Program-made: the position numbers and the translations under genes | Assembly: GCA_903847465.1 (NCBI GenBank) | Contig: CAINDQ010000093.1 | Span: 1 to 54,580, forward strand | From: an uncultured Candidatus Peregrinibacteria bacterium | Lineage (GTDB): Bacteria > Patescibacteriota > Gracilibacteria > UBA1369 > LOWO2-01-FULL-3 | DNA length: 54,580 nucleotides | Reading direction: 5' to 3' | The notes under the pieces: generated by a model | The model's database searches: none | Told to the model about the DNA's origin: nothing | The model's input: only the letters and a program-made list of their open reading frames with translations | Shown: in pieces, positions 52,663 to 54,580 of the stretch | Numbering within the stretch: position 1 is the stretch's first letter | Layout of the letters: the number at the start of each line of letters is the position of its first letter

Positions 52663-53679
52663 TTGTCCATGGAGTGCTATCTATCCGAAAATCTGAAAAC
52701 GGAATTCTACAGAGCAAAAAAGGCTCTATTTGAAGCTGAAAAAATCGTGATTGTTTCACACAGAAGTCCGGATGGTGATGCGATCGGAAGCAATCTTGCT
52801 TTGCGAATGGGATTGGAGAGCATGGGCAAAAAAGTGACATCCGCCTGCGTGGATACGATTCCGGCGAATAGCGCTTTTTTGAAAGGGGCGGAGGATTATG
52901 TGACGGATTTCAATTATGAAGATTTTGATGTGATCGTGAGTGTGGATTGTGGAGACCTGAAACTTTTCAAATTCACAGAAAAGAAGCCGGAGATTTTGAC
53001 TGGAGATAAGCCGTTTATCAACTTTGATCATCACGAATCGAATAACTTTTTTGGAACAATAAATCCGGTAGATAGTCGGGCGTGCGCGACTTGTTTTATC
53101 ATGTATAAATTCTTTAAATTCTGTGGGTGGCCAATTACGATTGATGTGGCGACAGCGCTTTTGCATGGCATTTATTTCGATACTGGAAGTCTTATGCACA
53201 GCAATACGGACGCCGAGGTTTACAAAGTGGCGAGTGAATTGACCCTGAAAGGCGGGGATTTCAAAAGAATTGGCAAAGAATTATTCCACACTACTCCGAT
53301 AAATAGACTCAGATTGTGGGGGAAAATCATGGAGAGATCTTATGTAAATGACGAAGGCGTGACTGTTTCGGCAGTGAACAAAGATGATTATGAAGCGTGC
53401 GGAACGACTTCAAAAGACAACGGAGGGGTGATTGATTATTTAAATTCTGTACCAGACAGCAAATATTGCGTGCTTTTGAGTGAGGACGAACATGGCTTGG
53501 TGAAGGGATCTTTGCGCACTCAAAGAAATGATATAAATCTTTCCGAAGTCGCTTCGAAATGGGGCGGCGGCGGTCATCCAAAAGCTTCCGGATTTGGAGT
53601 GGAGGGAAAATTAATGCCAGTTTTGAGCTGGAAAATTGTGAAAGACGGGGAAGGCGAGGCTCACGAGATGGAGTTTTAG
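52663..53679 (+). CDS. DHH/DHHA1 phosphoesterase (NrnA-like oligoribonuclease/pAp phosphatase)
   Basis: Motifs VSHRSPDGDAIGS, SVDCGD, FDHHESN and GGGGHPKASGF. Confidence 0.85.
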   Translation: MSMECYLSENLKTEFYRAKKALFEAEKIVIVSHRSPDGDAIGSNLALRMGLESMGKKVTSACVDTIPANSAFLKGAEDYVTDFNYEDFDVIVSVDCGDLKLFKFTEKKPEILTGDKPFINFDHHESNNFFGTINPVDSRACATCFIMYKFFKFCGWPITIDVATALLHGIYFDTGSLMHSNTDAEVYKVASELTLKGGDFKRIGKELFHTTPINRLRLWGKIMERSYVNDEGVTVSAVNKDDYEACGTTSKDNGGVIDYLNSVPDSKYCVLLSEDEHGLVKGSLRTQRNDINLSEVASKWGGGGHPKASGFGVEGKLMPVLSWKIVKDGEGEAHEMEF

Positions 53680-53727
53680 GTGGGTCAAGGCGATGGGTGA
53701 GTTTTGTGCTGTTTTGTTTTGCGATTT

Positions 53728-53758
53728 GTAAAAAAATCGGAAAATTTTACTTTTTTAC
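53728..53758. repeat. AT-rich intergenic element, copy D (inverted orientation)
   Basis: The plus strand reads GTAAAAAAATCGGAAAATTTTACTTTTTTAC. Its reverse complement is 31/31 identical to 388-418. It lies 41 nt upstream of the carB start. Confidence 0.9.
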
Positions 53759-53798
53759 AATTTTTCAGTAAGATCTGTCCAAACTAGCTCGTAAATCA

Positions 53799-54580
53799 AT
53801 GCCCGCAAAATCGTCCCAAAAACCTTTTGGCAAAATCTCCGGCGAAAATCGCCCTAAAATAAAGAAGGTTTTGGTATTGGGAAGCGGCGCACTGAAAATT
53901 GGCGAAGCCGGCGAATTTGATTATTCTGGTTCTCAGGCGATAAAAGCACTCAAGGAAGAAGGCATTTATTCTGTTTTGGTAAATCCAAATGTTGCGACGA
54001 TTCAAACAAGCAAAGGGCTCGCAGATAAAATTTATCTCTTGCCGGTGAATGCCTATTTCGTAGAAAAAGTAATCAAAAAAGAAAAACCGGATGGAATATT
54101 TTTAGCGTTTGGCGGACAGACGGCTCTAAATTGTGGAGTTGAATTATTCAAAAAAGGAATTCTAAAAAAATATAAAGTGCAAGTGCTTGGGACGTCGGTG
54201 GAAACAATTATCAACACCGAAGATCGTGAACTTTTCAACCAAGAATTGACCAAAATTGGCGTAAAAATGCCAAGAAGTTTCGCCTGCATAAACACGAAAT
54301 CTGCCCTAGCCGCTGCTGAAAAAATCGGCTACCCGGTAATAATAAGAGCGGCCTTTGCTTTGGGCGGAAAGGGAAGTGGATTTGCCGCAAATACTAAGGA
54401 ACTGACGCCACTTCTCGAGACTGCTTTTTCATATAGTCCGCAAGTTTTGGTGGAAGAAAATTTAAAAGGATGGAAGGAAGTGGAATACGAAGTGGTGCGT
54501 GATCGCTTTGATAATTGCATCACGGTTTGCAACATGGAAAATTTCGATCCGCTGGGAATTCATACTGGAGAAAGCATTGT
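53799..54580 (+). CDS. carB: carbamoyl-phosphate synthase large subunit, 5' partial (runs off the window)
   Basis: Hand translation gives [71 protein letters not shown]...[20 protein letters not shown]...[17 protein letters not shown]. These are canonical CarB N-terminal ATP-grasp motifs. It is absent from the ORF track because it has no stop codon in the window. Confidence 0.9.
   Translation, partial: MPAKSSQKPFGKISGENRPKIKKVLVLGSGALKIGEAGEFDYSGSQAIKALKEEGIYSVLVNPNVATIQTSKGLADKIYLLPVNAYFVEKVIKKEKPDGIFLAFGGQTALNCGVELFKKGILKKYKVQVLGTSVETIINTEDRELFNQELTKIGVKMPRSFACINTKSALAAAEKIGYPVIIRAAFALGGKGSGFAANTKELTPLLETAFSYSPQVLVEENLKGWKEVEYEVVRDRFDNCITVCNMENFDPLGIHTGESI

Noticed and set aside
1-54580. 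Alternative genetic code (UGA as a sense codon, as in some candidate phyla)
   Set aside because: ORFs of 10-12 kb are open under the standard code. amrA ends at TGA with typical family length. Recognised proteins have normal lengths. There is no sign of recoding.

Overview
This is a low-GC bacterial chromosomal segment. Hand counts of sample lines give roughly 32-42% GC. The standard genetic code applies. Gene content (giant repeat proteins, many ORFans, few housekeeping genes) suggests an uncultivated small-genome, CPR-like lineage, but that is inference only.

Content in order:
- tRNA-Asp(GTC).
- An orphan AbrB/SpoVT-type regulator.
- A ~2.2-kb GC-rich island (~55% GC) with a LemA-like protein and a 422-aa membrane protein.
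- A soluble histidine kinase.
- Three consecutive giant surface-protein genes of 1582/1596, 3439 and 4139 aa, spanning 27.8 kb, about half the window. The first has Calx-beta and SLH domains. The second has Gly-rich beta-helix-like modules and FN3 repeats. The third has eight LRR super-modules.
- lgt.
- An AmmeMemoRadiSam triad (amrS, amrB, amrA), split by a small membrane protein gene and an oppositely oriented 900-aa proline-rich ORFan.
- Two small minus-strand genes and a PduO-type adenosyltransferase.
- A second GC-rich island (~1.6 kb, ~57% GC) holding six mini single-pass membrane-protein ORFs separated by a repeated, covarying hairpin element.
- 2-oxoacid:ferredoxin oxidoreductase alpha and beta subunits.
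- ORFans of 1826 aa and 507 aa.
- queG, a DHH phosphoesterase and the 5' part of carB.

I saw no rRNA, CRISPR array, transposase, integrase or reverse transcriptase.

Best leads:
1. The two GC-rich membrane-protein islands.
2. A 24-31-nt AT-rich palindromic element found at four intergenic sites, once 31/31 identical in inverted orientation.
3. The two largest genes share their promoter, leader, signal peptide and a ~1.4-kb 3' cassette around unrelated middles.

All coordinates and identities were derived by eye. No alignments or statistics were computed beyond back-of-envelope estimates.
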